In this document: in pieces, positions 11,277 to 20,432 of the stretch | Layout: each line of letters begins with the position of its first letter | How positions within the stretch are numbered: position 1 is the stretch's first letter | Source: Armatimonadota bacterium | GTDB taxonomy: Bacteria; Armatimonadota; SYMT01 | Direction: 5' to 3' | Length of the DNA stretch: 64,000 bases | Assembly (NCBI GenBank): GCA_041690135.1 | Contig: JAWLHY010000003.1 | Coordinates: 576,001-640,000 of the forward strand | The notes under the pieces: model-generated | Told to the model about the DNA's origin: nothing | Database searches by the model: none | Seen by the model: the letters and a program-made list of their open reading frames with translations, nothing else | Program-made: the position numbers and the translations under genes

Positions 11277-11428
11277 TTGGGAACTCCCAGGCTGGCTATG
11301 CAGCGGAACGCGCGGAGGGTTCGGAAGGGCGCACCTGTCGCCAGTGGATCGTATTGCGTACTGCGTGTCGCGTATTGCTGCCCTACGGGCGCCTGTAGGG
11401 GTGCACTCGGATCTTTCGGCTCACACCC

Positions 11429-13189
11429 ATGCTTTGCTCACGTTTTTCCCGGACCGCTCTTCTCATTTGTGGGTTTTTGCTCCCGCTGGGTTCCCTTTCG
11501 GCCACGCAGGCGCAGCCGGCGGCCGCTGAGACCCGGAAGCCGAACGTCATCCTGATCATGACGGACGACCAGGGCTATGGGGATCTCGGCGCCCACGGCA
11601 ACCGGATGATCCGCACACCGAACCTCGACCGTCTCCATGCGGAGAGCATCCGGCTCACGGACTTCCACGTCGACCCGACCTGTGCCCCGACCCGTGCGGC
11701 ATTGCTCACCGGCCGCTACTCCACCCGTACGGGTGTGTGGCACACGATCGCCGGTCGCTCCTTGATGGCGCACGACGAGGTAACGTTGGCGCAGGCATTC
11801 CGGAAGGGCGGCTACCGCACCGGCATCTTCGGCAAGTGGCACCTGGGGGAGAACTATCCCATGCGCCCGCAGGACCGCGGCTTCGACGAGGTGCTGGTTC
11901 ACGGGGGTGGGGGAGTGGCGCAGACACCCGACACCTGGGGCAACGACTACTTCGACGACACCTACCTGCGGAACGGCAAGCCGGAGAAGGCAAAGGGGTA
12001 TTGCACCGACGTCTGGTTCGATTCCGCGCTCCGGTTCATCGAGAAGTCGGGGAAGCGGCCGTTCCTGGCCTACATCCCCACCAACGCTCCCCACAGTCCC
12101 TATTTCGTGGACCCGAAGTACGCGGAGCCGTATCGCAAACAGGGGGTCCCGGACCCGATGGCCCAGTTCTACGGGATGATCACCCACCTGGACGAGAACG
12201 TGGGCCGGCTGCGGCAGCGGCTGCGGGACCTGGGCCTGGAGCGAGACACCATCATCTTCTTCATGACCGATAACGGCTCGGCGGCGGGCATGGTCCGCGG
12301 CAAGACCACCGGGCCCGGCTGGAAGGGCTACAACGCCGGTCTTCGGGCTCTCAAGGGCAGCGAGTACGATGGGGGCCACCGGGTGCCGTTCTTCGCCTAC
12401 TGGCCGGGGGGCGGTCTCACCGGGGGCCGGGATATCGACACGCTGGCGGCGCACGTGGACGTGGTCCCCACCCTGGCGGAGATCTGCGGGCTGAAGCTGC
12501 CGGACCGCTCCCTCGACGGCCGCAGCCTGCTACCTCTGCTGAGGGGGGAGAAGCGCGCCTGGCCGGAGCGGACCCTGTTCGTCCACTCGCAGCGCGTGCA
12601 GGACCCGGTGAAGTGGAAGCAGTCCGCCGTAATGACCCGCCGCTGGCGGCTGGTCAACGGGAAGGAGCTGTACGACATCCAGGCGGACCGGGGCCAGACG
12701 CGGGACCTGGCCGCGGAGCACCCGGAGGTCGTGACGCAACTGCGCGGCGAGTACGAGAAGTGGTGGACCGATCTCTCCCCCGCCTTCACCCGCGACGTGT
12801 CGATTGTCCTCGGCGGCAAGGAGAACCCGGTCGCGATCACCGCCCACGACTGGCGCGCCGCGGACGCCCAGGTGCCGTGGAACCACGGGATGATCGCGCG
12901 GCAGCCCCTTTCCAACGGCTGGTGGGCGGTCGACGTGCGGCGCCCCGGCACCTACACGGTCACCCTCCGCAGTTGGCCGCGGGAAGCGCCGGATGCCCCA
13001 GCCCTGGATGCCGGTACCGCGAAGCTGTCCGTCGGTGGCGTGGAGCAGAGCCGGCCGGTCCCGGATGGCGCCCGGTCCGTCACGTTCCAGGTGAAACTGC
13101 CGGCCGGCCCAACAAAGCTCCAGACCTGGCTTACCCGCCCCAACGGCGAAGCACGCGGTGCCTTCTATGTCGAGGTGAACCGGAAATAG
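11429..13189 (+). CDS. Arylsulfatase with C-terminal beta-sandwich domain
   Basis: PNVILIMTDDQG, CAPTRAALLTGR, GKWHLG, TDNG, DGGHRVP. Confidence 0.93.
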   Translation: MLCSRFSRTALLICGFLLPLGSLSATQAQPAAAETRKPNVILIMTDDQGYGDLGAHGNRMIRTPNLDRLHAESIRLTDFHVDPTCAPTRAALLTGRYSTRTGVWHTIAGRSLMAHDEVTLAQAFRKGGYRTGIFGKWHLGENYPMRPQDRGFDEVLVHGGGGVAQTPDTWGNDYFDDTYLRNGKPEKAKGYCTDVWFDSALRFIEKSGKRPFLAYIPTNAPHSPYFVDPKYAEPYRKQGVPDPMAQFYGMITHLDENVGRLRQRLRDLGLERDTIIFFMTDNGSAAGMVRGKTTGPGWKGYNAGLRALKGSEYDGGHRVPFFAYWPGGGLTGGRDIDTLAAHVDVVPTLAEICGLKLPDRSLDGRSLLPLLRGEKRAWPERTLFVHSQRVQDPVKWKQSAVMTRRWRLVNGKELYDIQADRGQTRDLAAEHPEVVTQLRGEYEKWWTDLSPAFTRDVSIVLGGKENPVAITAHDWRAADAQVPWNHGMIARQPLSNGWWAVDVRRPGTYTVTLRSWPREAPDAPALDAGTAKLSVGGVEQSRPVPDGARSVTFQVKLPAGPTKLQTWLTRPNGEARGAFYVEVNRK

Positions 13190-13258
13190 TGCGCGCGCGT
13201 GCCTCGGGACGGACAGCCGTTCCCCTCGGCCGAGGGGACCGGCTGTCCGTCCCCGGGA

Positions 13259-14827
13259 TCAGTGGCTCGATGCGTGACGCATCCGGCTCGGGCGGAAACG
13301 AAGGAAGACGTGAACGCCCACCGGGAAATCGCCGTAGACCCTCCGCAATTCCGACGGCACCGCCTGCAGCGTGACGGACCCACCCAGCAGGGCATCGAAT
13401 CCGGAGAAGTGCCCCACCTCCCTCGAGTAACCCAGGGTGAAGGCGTTGACCGTGAAAAGCCGCTCGGCGTTCGGGCCGGCGCGGAAGAGGCCGTCCCGGT
13501 CGAGGCGCTCCACGCGGCCGAACAAGTAATTGCGCTGAGCCCAGTTATAGACCCCTTCCAGCCCAAAGGAGTCCTCGGTCCGGCCTCCATGCCCGTGTCC
13601 TTCCTCGTCGTTGCGGCCCCAAAGGAAGGAGGCGGCCCAGTAGCCTCGCTCCTGGTCCCGCACATAGGTGGCGGAGGCGCTGGTGCGGCGGACATCTCCC
13701 GGCTCATCCAGTTCCGGGGACTTCAACCAGCCACGCGAGACCTGCATGCTCCAGTTGGGTGAGGGGTTGTACCAGAGCCGGACCGAGGGGGAGTTGAGCC
13801 CCACCGAATCGAATGCCCAGCGGTTGGCGTCCGGCTCCCGGGCATTGAACCAGGACCCTTCCAGCTTCCACTTGCGGCCCTGGATGCCCCCGGTCACCAC
13901 CCCGTACGCGATATGGGTCGAGTCCTGCAGGTGGTGGGCCAGCGGGGTCTGCGGGTTATCCCAGGCACTGATCCGGTGGGGATAGGCGACCGGTCCCAGC
14001 GCGGGCTCGCCGACCGGAGCGAGGTAGAGCGACCAGGCCAGGTCGCGATTGATGGCGCGGGAGTACTGGGCGGCGATTTCCATGAAAAGGTCGTGAGGGT
14101 GCTGGCGGTCGATCAGGCCCTCTCCGGTCTGGAGAAGCTGTGGGACGCCGTTGTCCCCCACCGTCGCCGGTTCCAGGCTCATCATCAGCCGGAGCATCAG
14201 ATCGCCTTTCCCCAGTGACCGGTGCGCCATCCCCATGGCCCAGTTCTGGCTGACGAACCGGTCGAAGCCGCGGGGACCACCCTGGGCGACGTAGTCCAGG
14301 AAAGCGTTGCCCATCAACATCAGGTTCCAGTCGCCCCGGTTCCAATGCCGCATGAACATGGGGGTCGCGTCCGGCTGCCAGGAAGTCCCCGATCCCATCC
14401 GCCGATTCATGGTCAGGCCGGGGATGTCCGTGTCGAAGAAGCCGTGCATTGCCTCCCGCATGGCCGGGTGCCCCGCATGGCCGGGCATCCCTTCCCGGTG
14501 CTCCGGGCCGAGCGGCGAGGCCGGAGCCCCGCGGTGTGGGTCCGGGTGCTCCCCGGGTGGGGTCGCGGGTAACGTAGGCTCCTTCGGGTGCTCACCATGA
14601 GGCGCGGGCTTGGTCGCCGGTGCAGCCTGCGCCACCGCGAGGAGAAGGGAGGATCCTTCACTGGTGACGGGGGGTGAAACTGCAGGCAGGCCCAACTCAG
14701 CGGCAGGCTTCACGGCTTCCCCGGAAGGGCCCGGCGACGCATTCTCGGAGCAGGCGGGCGCACCCCCCAGGATCGCCGACAGCAGGCAGGACAGGACAAG
14801 CAGCGCGTGGGCGGAACGGCTCTTCAT
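13259..14827 (-). CDS. Putative outer-membrane beta-barrel with His/Met-rich N-terminal region
   Basis: Signal peptide, His/Met-rich linker (HREGMPGHAGHPAMREAMH), GSGTSWQP, DRQHPHDLFME and amphipathic strands. Confidence 0.7.
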   Translation of the reverse strand: MKSRSAHALLVLSCLLSAILGGAPACSENASPGPSGEAVKPAAELGLPAVSPPVTSEGSSLLLAVAQAAPATKPAPHGEHPKEPTLPATPPGEHPDPHRGAPASPLGPEHREGMPGHAGHPAMREAMHGFFDTDIPGLTMNRRMGSGTSWQPDATPMFMRHWNRGDWNLMLMGNAFLDYVAQGGPRGFDRFVSQNWAMGMAHRSLGKGDLMLRLMMSLEPATVGDNGVPQLLQTGEGLIDRQHPHDLFMEIAAQYSRAINRDLAWSLYLAPVGEPALGPVAYPHRISAWDNPQTPLAHHLQDSTHIAYGVVTGGIQGRKWKLEGSWFNAREPDANRWAFDSVGLNSPSVRLWYNPSPNWSMQVSRGWLKSPELDEPGDVRRTSASATYVRDQERGYWAASFLWGRNDEEGHGHGGRTEDSFGLEGVYNWAQRNYLFGRVERLDRDGLFRAGPNAERLFTVNAFTLGYSREVGHFSGFDALLGGSVTLQAVPSELRRVYGDFPVGVHVFLRFRPSRMRHASSH

Positions 14828-14910
14828 TTCGGAGTTCTCCGGCTGCGCTCCGCAGCCGGACCACTCTACCCTCGCCTGCTCCGCCGAAAAACACCGGCGG
14901 CCCTGGGCGA

Positions 14911-15786
14911 TTATGCGGCCCGCACCTCGATCTGGCCCTCTCGCACTCGGGTCTCCAATGTCGGTTGCTTGAAGGCGGAAGGCCCTTCTTCCACGTGACC
15001 ATCCGCCAGGCAGAAGCGCGAGCCGTGCCACGGGCAGACGACGCTGCCGTCCGGTTTCAACTCCCCCTCGGAAAGCGGACCGCCGAGGTGGGCGCACTTC
15101 TCCACGAGCGCGTGGATCCGGCCCTCCTGTCGCACGAGCAGCACGGGGGTTCCGTTGGCTTCCACCTTCCGCAGCTCGCCCTCCGGCAGCTCGGCTTCGG
15201 CCAGCACGGGGGTGAAGTCGTCCGGTCCGGAATACTCCGCCGCATGGTTCGTGCCGATATTATGCTCGTACACCAGGTGCCCGCCCAGGTAGGCCCCGGC
15301 CATCAGGGCAGTAAAGCCGAGGAGGCCCGTGCCGCGGCCCGCGTTCCGGTGCCCCCGCTTTCGAAGCGCCAGCGAAGCGGCAAACAGGAGCGTCGCGCCC
15401 CCGTTGAACGCCGCGTGGAGAATGCCCACCTTCCGGGCCTCCCCACTGGTGTGATGCCAGTCCGCCAGGCCGGTAATCGCCGTACCCACCGCCGCCACCA
15501 GGCCCAGGGTCACGGCCGCGTCGGCCCCCGCGGACAACTCCTCTTTACCCCGCGCCGCATCGACCATGTCCAGGGTGACCGCCGTGGTCCAGGCCCCCAC
15601 GGGTACGTCCGTCAACACCGGATGCAGTGGATGTCCGAGCCAGGTACCGTGCAGAAAGTTGCGCGTCTTCACGGCCGCGGGCTCGGACCGATCCAGCACG
15701 GCCGCAACCGGCTTATCCAGTACCTCGCCGACCTGTTCGGTCCACTCCTGGTCTTCCAGCGTCTGCAGCGGTGTGGGCAGCGGCAT
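14911..15786 (-). CDS. DUF2231-type membrane domain fused to Rieske [2Fe-2S] domain
   Basis: WLGHPLHPVLTDVP, GLADW, YLGGHLVY; Rieske CAHLGG...CPWHGS; GGAGG RBS. Confidence 0.9.
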   Translation of the reverse strand: MPLPTPLQTLEDQEWTEQVGEVLDKPVAAVLDRSEPAAVKTRNFLHGTWLGHPLHPVLTDVPVGAWTTAVTLDMVDAARGKEELSAGADAAVTLGLVAAVGTAITGLADWHHTSGEARKVGILHAAFNGGATLLFAASLALRKRGHRNAGRGTGLLGFTALMAGAYLGGHLVYEHNIGTNHAAEYSGPDDFTPVLAEAELPEGELRKVEANGTPVLLVRQEGRIHALVEKCAHLGGPLSEGELKPDGSVVCPWHGSRFCLADGHVEEGPSAFKQPTLETRVREGQIEVRAA

Positions 15787-15937
15787 CTTCCATTCCTCCG
15801 GTATTTGCGGTCGGGAGCGGGTCATTCCCAGGCGCGATTGGGGGTCCGGCAAACGCCGGCAGGGGTGCCCGTCTCCCGGTCTCTTACCTCGATGCTCGTC
15901 TGAGCAAACCCTCTCCGGACGGGTGTTCCTCAGAAGA

Positions 15938-16531
15938 CTAATTCGGAGGGGAAGTTTGGCGCTCCGGCTTTGCTCTCTCGCAGGCGGATAGGATGCGGTT
16001 CCCGGCTGCATCGTACTTCGGGTTGAAGGGCGGCAACTTCGGAGAGCTCAGCACCGAGAAGACTACCAGCACGCCCGCCAGAGCGGCGAGGCTGACCAGC
16101 CGTGGGAAGGGGTTCAGAGCGGTAAGCCCCTGCCGTGCGGCGCCCGGTAGGAGCAGCGTTGTAACCACCCCATACGCCACCAGGCTTTGCTCCGGCGCGG
16201 CTCCCAGTCCAAATACTCCCTTTGGGCAGGCGAGCACCCCCGACCAGACAAGAGAGCTGTGGACGGCGGCCACCCCCAATCCGGAGAATGCCAGGGGTAG
16301 CGCCAACAGACTCAGCGTTCCAGGAGCAACAGGCAGTGCGGTGGCCAGACCCACGCCAAGCAGGGCGACAATCGCCATGATGAAGGTACGCTGGTAAAAG
16401 CAGAGCGGGCAGGCGTTCAGGCCCAGCCCCATGCTGAGGTAGAGGCTGCCCAGAAGGGTGCCCGCGGCGGCGAGGAGGGCCAGGCGCTCCCAGGGTACCA
16501 GTCTGACGGGCGTATCTTTGGCTTCTTTCAT
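15938..16531 (-). CDS. Disulfide bond formation protein B-like
   Basis: ACPLCFYQR motif in a multi-TM protein; ATGA overlap with the upstream gene. Confidence 0.8.
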   Translation of the reverse strand: MKEAKDTPVRLVPWERLALLAAAGTLLGSLYLSMGLGLNACPLCFYQRTFIMAIVALLGVGLATALPVAPGTLSLLALPLAFSGLGVAAVHSSLVWSGVLACPKGVFGLGAAPEQSLVAYGVVTTLLLPGAARQGLTALNPFPRLVSLAALAGVLVVFSVLSSPKLPPFNPKYDAAGNRILSACERAKPERQTSPPN

Positions 16532-17406
16532 GACGGCACGGCCTTTCCTGCCGGGTAGGGTTCGAGCTCTTCCGCGGGACGCCCGGTAGAGGCCTCGCGA
16601 GCGGGGATATCCATCTTTTCCAAGTTCGCAACGGGTGTCTTCACGAGACCCCAGAGGCCCTGCCACTCCTCGCCGTCAAACTCCCGCAGGCCGTAGCGGA
16701 GGGTGCGCGCGTCGTCGCGGCGCCGGAAGGTGCGGCCGAGGCGATCCCACCAGGAGAAGATGCTGGAATAGTTGGAGTCGGTTTCCGGCTGCCAGTCCGA
16801 GTGATGGACGCGGTGCATGTTGGGCGAGACGATCACCGTGCGCAAGAAGCGGTCGTACCGCTCCGGCAGGGCGACGTTACTGTGATGGAATGCGATCACC
16901 GGCAGGAGAAATGTCTCGTAGAGCACCACCTGCCAGAGCGTTAGCCCCAGGAGCGGTACGATGGCGAGCCGCAGTGTCGAGGAGATGATGATCTCGCCGA
17001 AGTGGAAACGCAGGGCGGTCGTCACGTCCATCTCGGGATCGCTGTGATGCATCCGGTGGAAGCGCCAGAGGAACGGCACGCGGTGGTTGGCCCGGTGCCA
17101 CACGTACATCCAGGCATCGAACAGCAGCAGCGCCAGCGGCAGCTCCACCCAGGCGGGTGCGGTGAGTTGGTGCAGCAGGCCGAAGCGAGTCTCCTCCGAC
17201 CATGCGGCCGCGCCCGCGATCGCGGCAGCGAAGAGGAGACCGAGGACCGCCATGTTGAGACCGGCCATCACGAGGTTCCGGAAGGCGTGGCGGTACCGGT
17301 GGGGACGATCGACAAACACGGGAACCCAGGTCTCCAGGCACCAGAGGAGCACCAGTACTCCCACCGCGATGCCCGTCTGGACCTGCAACAAACTCGGTGT
17401 ATCCAC
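16528..17406 (-). CDS. Sterol desaturase / fatty acid hydroxylase family membrane di-iron enzyme
   Basis: His boxes HRANH, HRMHHSD, FHHSN, HRVHHS. Confidence 0.92.
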   Translation of the reverse strand: MDTPSLLQVQTGIAVGVLVLLWCLETWVPVFVDRPHRYRHAFRNLVMAGLNMAVLGLLFAAAIAGAAAWSEETRFGLLHQLTAPAWVELPLALLLFDAWMYVWHRANHRVPFLWRFHRMHHSDPEMDVTTALRFHFGEIIISSTLRLAIVPLLGLTLWQVVLYETFLLPVIAFHHSNVALPERYDRFLRTVIVSPNMHRVHHSDWQPETDSNYSSIFSWWDRLGRTFRRRDDARTLRYGLREFDGEEWQGLWGLVKTPVANLEKMDIPAREASTGRPAEELEPYPAGKAVPS

Positions 17407-17408
17407 GG

Positions 17409-17759
17409 CTATTCATCCTCTCCCCGCACGAGCGGTCCGCGCCAGGCCCGGATCCCTCCGGCCAGGTTGCGAACGTTCCTGAATCCTCGCTGGGCCAGCA
17501 CCCGGCTGGCCTGGGCACTTTTCAGCCCCACATTTCAATAGACCACGACCGGCTCGTCAGGATTCAGGTCCGCGGACACCGCTTCGAGGGTGCCGGACGG
17601 CACGTGTCGCGCGCCCGGCAGATGCCCGGAGGTGAACTGCTCCGTGGCGCGAATGTCCAGCAGAAGCAGCGGCCGAACGGACGCCATTTCCGCCTCCAGC
17701 GCGGCGGCCGAAACTTCCGGAACCGATGGAGAAACGAGAGCGAGTAGACGAGACAGCAT
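17409..17759 (-). CDS. Rhodanese-domain protein, predicted selenoprotein (U75 at the catalytic Cys position), 116 aa
   Basis: LLDIR..F..GHLPGA...PVVVY-TGA(17537-17535)-NVGLKSAQASRVLAQRGFRNVRNLAGGIRAW. Read-through completes the domain and stops 2 nt before the next start. Confidence 0.85.
17493..17511 (-). promoter_or_regulatory. Candidate bacterial SECIS hairpin (rhodanese)
   Basis: GGCCAGC-CGGGU-GCUGGCC; loop begins 30 nt after the UGA, G at loop position 2. Confidence 0.55.
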
Positions 17760-17827
17760 GGGACCTCCTTTGCCCTCAGCTTCTCACCCGGGGATATAAA
17801 CAACTAGACAGGTTTCATGGGCCAGCC

Positions 17828-17842
17828 ATAGAGAAAGGCTAT
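17828..17842. promoter_or_regulatory. LysR-type binding site (T-N11-A)
   Basis: ATAG-AGAAAGG-CTAT dyad in the divergent interval, just before the LysR start. Confidence 0.65.
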
Positions 17843-17846
17843 AGCG

Positions 17847-18776
17847 GTGGAGATCACCTTCCGGCAGCTCCGCTATTTCCGCGCCGTGGCGGAACACGGG
17901 AACTTCACACGGGCGGCCGAGGCGCTGCTGGTGGCGCAGCCCACCGTCAGCCTTGCTATCAAGGACCTGGAGCGGGAGACGAAGGCGGTCCTGTTCGAGC
18001 CCGCGGGCCGCCAGGTGCGGTTGACGGCCGCGGGGCGCCTCCTGCTGCGCCACTGCGAGCGCATCCTGGGGGAAATGGACGCCATCGAGATCTCCCTGAG
18101 TGAGTTGTGGGGTGGGCAGGCAGGGAAGCTGGTCGTGGGGGCGAGCAGCACGCCCGGCACCTATCTGCTGCCCGAAATCCTCGGCAAGTTCCGAGCCGGG
18201 TCCCCACGGGTGGAAGTGGCGCTGGAGGTGACGGATACCGGCGAAGTGCTCCGCCGCGTGCAGGACGGCCGTCTCGACCTCGGGGTTGTCGGGGAAGCCC
18301 CCTTCGATCCGGCGCTCCACATCATGACCTTCCGCCGGGAAAGGCTGGTGCTGATCCTCTCCCCCGAACACCGTCTGGCCCGCCAGCGCTGGGTGACACT
18401 GCCGGACCTCTCCGGAGAGGCTTTTATCTGCCGGGAGGCGGGCTCCAGCACGCGAGAGATCGTCCGGCGCGCCCTGGAAGCACGAGGCATGGAGCTCCCG
18501 GTCACGATGGAGCTGGGAAATACCGAGGCGGTGAAGCGAGCGGTCTCCGCCGGCTTAGGTATCGCCTTCGTTTCGGAGCACGCGGTCGGGCTGGAAGTCC
18601 GGGCCGGCGTGCTCGTCACGCGAGAGATGCCGGACCTGGAGCTGACCCGCGGCCTTTACGTCGTCCGGAGAAGCAGCCTTCCCCTCACCCGGCTGCACGA
18701 GCGCTTCCTGGAGGTGCTCCTCGGCCATGGCGGGGTCTCGCCGCCGGTGCCGCCGGATGGCGCCGCCCCCTTCTGA
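17847..18776 (+). CDS. LysR family regulator, CysL-like subgroup
   Basis: HTH FTRAAEALLVAQPTVS; GASSTPGTYLLP; REAGSSTRE; EAVKRAVSAGLG. Confidence 0.92.
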   Translation: MEITFRQLRYFRAVAEHGNFTRAAEALLVAQPTVSLAIKDLERETKAVLFEPAGRQVRLTAAGRLLLRHCERILGEMDAIEISLSELWGGQAGKLVVGASSTPGTYLLPEILGKFRAGSPRVEVALEVTDTGEVLRRVQDGRLDLGVVGEAPFDPALHIMTFRRERLVLILSPEHRLARQRWVTLPDLSGEAFICREAGSSTREIVRRALEARGMELPVTMELGNTEAVKRAVSAGLGIAFVSEHAVGLEVRAGVLVTREMPDLELTRGLYVVRRSSLPLTRLHERFLEVLLGHGGVSPPVPPDGAAPF

Positions 18777-18823
18777 AGACGATTCCTTGGGCGAATGGGC
18801 GCCGCCCCGGCACTGACGGTATC

Positions 18824-19258
18824 ATGGGTGCAATGCGTCCGTTCCTAAGCCACGCGGTGCGACTGGTCTTCTTACCGGTCGTGGTCCTTCTCCTGGGTTT
18901 CGCGCCCGGACCGTGGTATTGCGCCGATGGTTCTCCGTGCGCGGCGACCGCCGCCGCCTGCTGCTGCGGCTGTGCGGAAGCCGGGGGGACGGAGATCCAC
19001 GTCTGCGAGGACGCCGCCCCCGGCGAGGCGCTTTCCCCGGAAACCTGCGGCTGCTACCGGCTGGCGGTGGCGCCCGAATGCGTACCCGCGGGGGATCGCG
19101 AGCGACCCGACGTGGAGCCGGGCTTGCCGGCCCCGGTTGCGGTGATCGTCCCGCCGTTGCTGGTCGCCTCCCCGCGCGCTACTCCCGCCTCGGCGCACAG
19201 TCCACCTACCCATCTCATCTCCTCCGGGGACCCTCGCGGTCCGCCGCCCATCGGATAG
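18824..19258 (+). CDS. Cys-rich exported leader protein with C-terminal RGPP (DUF2946/arrest-peptide-like)
   Basis: N-terminal hydrophobic segment, WYCADGSPC...CCCGC...CGC, Pro-rich tail ending PRGPPPIG. Confidence 0.7.
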   Translation: MGAMRPFLSHAVRLVFLPVVVLLLGFAPGPWYCADGSPCAATAAACCCGCAEAGGTEIHVCEDAAPGEALSPETCGCYRLAVAPECVPAGDRERPDVEPGLPAPVAVIVPPLLVASPRATPASAHSPPTHLISSGDPRGPPPIG

Positions 19259-19333
19259 AGACCTGCAGTCCGTACCCACGCGACCCGGGTGGTACCGCGT
19301 GAGCAGTGATTCCTATCCATTGGAGATGATCTT

Positions 19334-20254
19334 TTGAGAGCCTATGCAGTTCTGCCGGCCTTGTGGCTGGTTGTAGTATCTGTCGCGGCGCCGGGGCCCG
19401 TGCGCGCCGCAACCCTACTAACCGCACCCCGGATGGCCGTTTGCGCCGTCTGTCGTGAGGGCGAGGAGCCGGTGCTGGCAACGGCGGTCCACCAGGGCCG
19501 CGAGTTCACCTTCTGCAGCGAGGAGTGCAAGAAGACCTTCCTCGCCAACCCGGCCGAGTTCTTGACCCATTCCCCAGCCGAACCGAAGCCTGCAGCCCCT
19601 AACCTTCAACCTTCAACTTCCAACCTTCAACCTGCCAACCCTGATCCCGTTATGCCAAACCGCAGAAGTCCTGGAGGCTCTGCGGCTCCCAGCTGACCGA
19701 GTTGACCCGGTGAGGGAACCTCCGTGCGAGGTTCAGGAGATCTACTGGCAACGCGTTTCAACCTGGGTATCCGGTACATTCCGGACGGAGTGATCGATCG
19801 GGCCAAATGGCGGAACACCCTGATGTACCGCCTGAGCCAGGACCTGCAAGCGGGTGTCGAATACAACCCGCTGGCGGATGATGTCGGGCTACTGGTCAAC
19901 TGGCGCGCCCTCCGCGAGACGGAGAATCGTCCGGCGCTTTCATTCGGCACTTCGTCGGACCGGATCGGCACCCCCTACGGGCGGGCTTACTTCGCCACGC
20001 TTTCGAAGGACCTGGAGCCGCGCATCGGGCTGCCCGTCAGCGTGTACGGGGGCGTGCTCTGGGGCTCGTTCGAGGATGAGTTCGTCTTCCCGTTCGGGGC
20101 GAACTTCCGGCTGGGCAACCAGTGGACGTTCACCCCACAGTACGACGGACACGCCTCCCACGGGCTGCTCACCTATTCGTGGGATCGTTACAGCGTCAGC
20201 GGCCTGCTGATCCGCTGGCGCTACCCGGGCGTGGCGTTTAATATCGGCTTCTGA
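19334..20254 (+). CDS. Secreted YHS-domain/beta-barrel fusion, predicted selenoprotein with UxxU (U121, U124), 306 aa
   Basis: Signal peptide and YHS (CAVC...FTFCSEECKKTF). TGA at 19694 and 19703 are in frame with a barrel-like ORF that ends in Phe and has no signal peptide of its own. Confidence 0.7.
19716..19734 (+). promoter_or_regulatory. Candidate SECIS hairpin (YHS-UxxU gene)
   Basis: GAACCUC-CGUGC-GAGGUUC; loop begins 26 and 17 nt after the two UGAs. Confidence 0.6.
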
Positions 20255-20353
20255 ACCCGATCGGTGCTCTCTCTGACACGGAGGGACACAGATTGGACGG
20301 GACGGAACGCAGAAGAACACGGCGGGACCGAGCCGTTCGCGGGCGATGGGGTC

Positions 20354-20422
20354 ACCACGGAGCGCATAGAGACCACGGAGTGGAACCCCTTCCTTCTCCG
20401 AGGTCTCCGTGCGCTCCGTGGT
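20354..20422. repeat. ACCACGGAG...CTCCGTGGT REP-like inverted repeat
   Basis: Repeated (AC)CACGGAG units with reverse-complement copies between convergent genes; related units at 8753-8782. Confidence 0.65.
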
Positions 20423-20432
20423 GATTTCGTTC

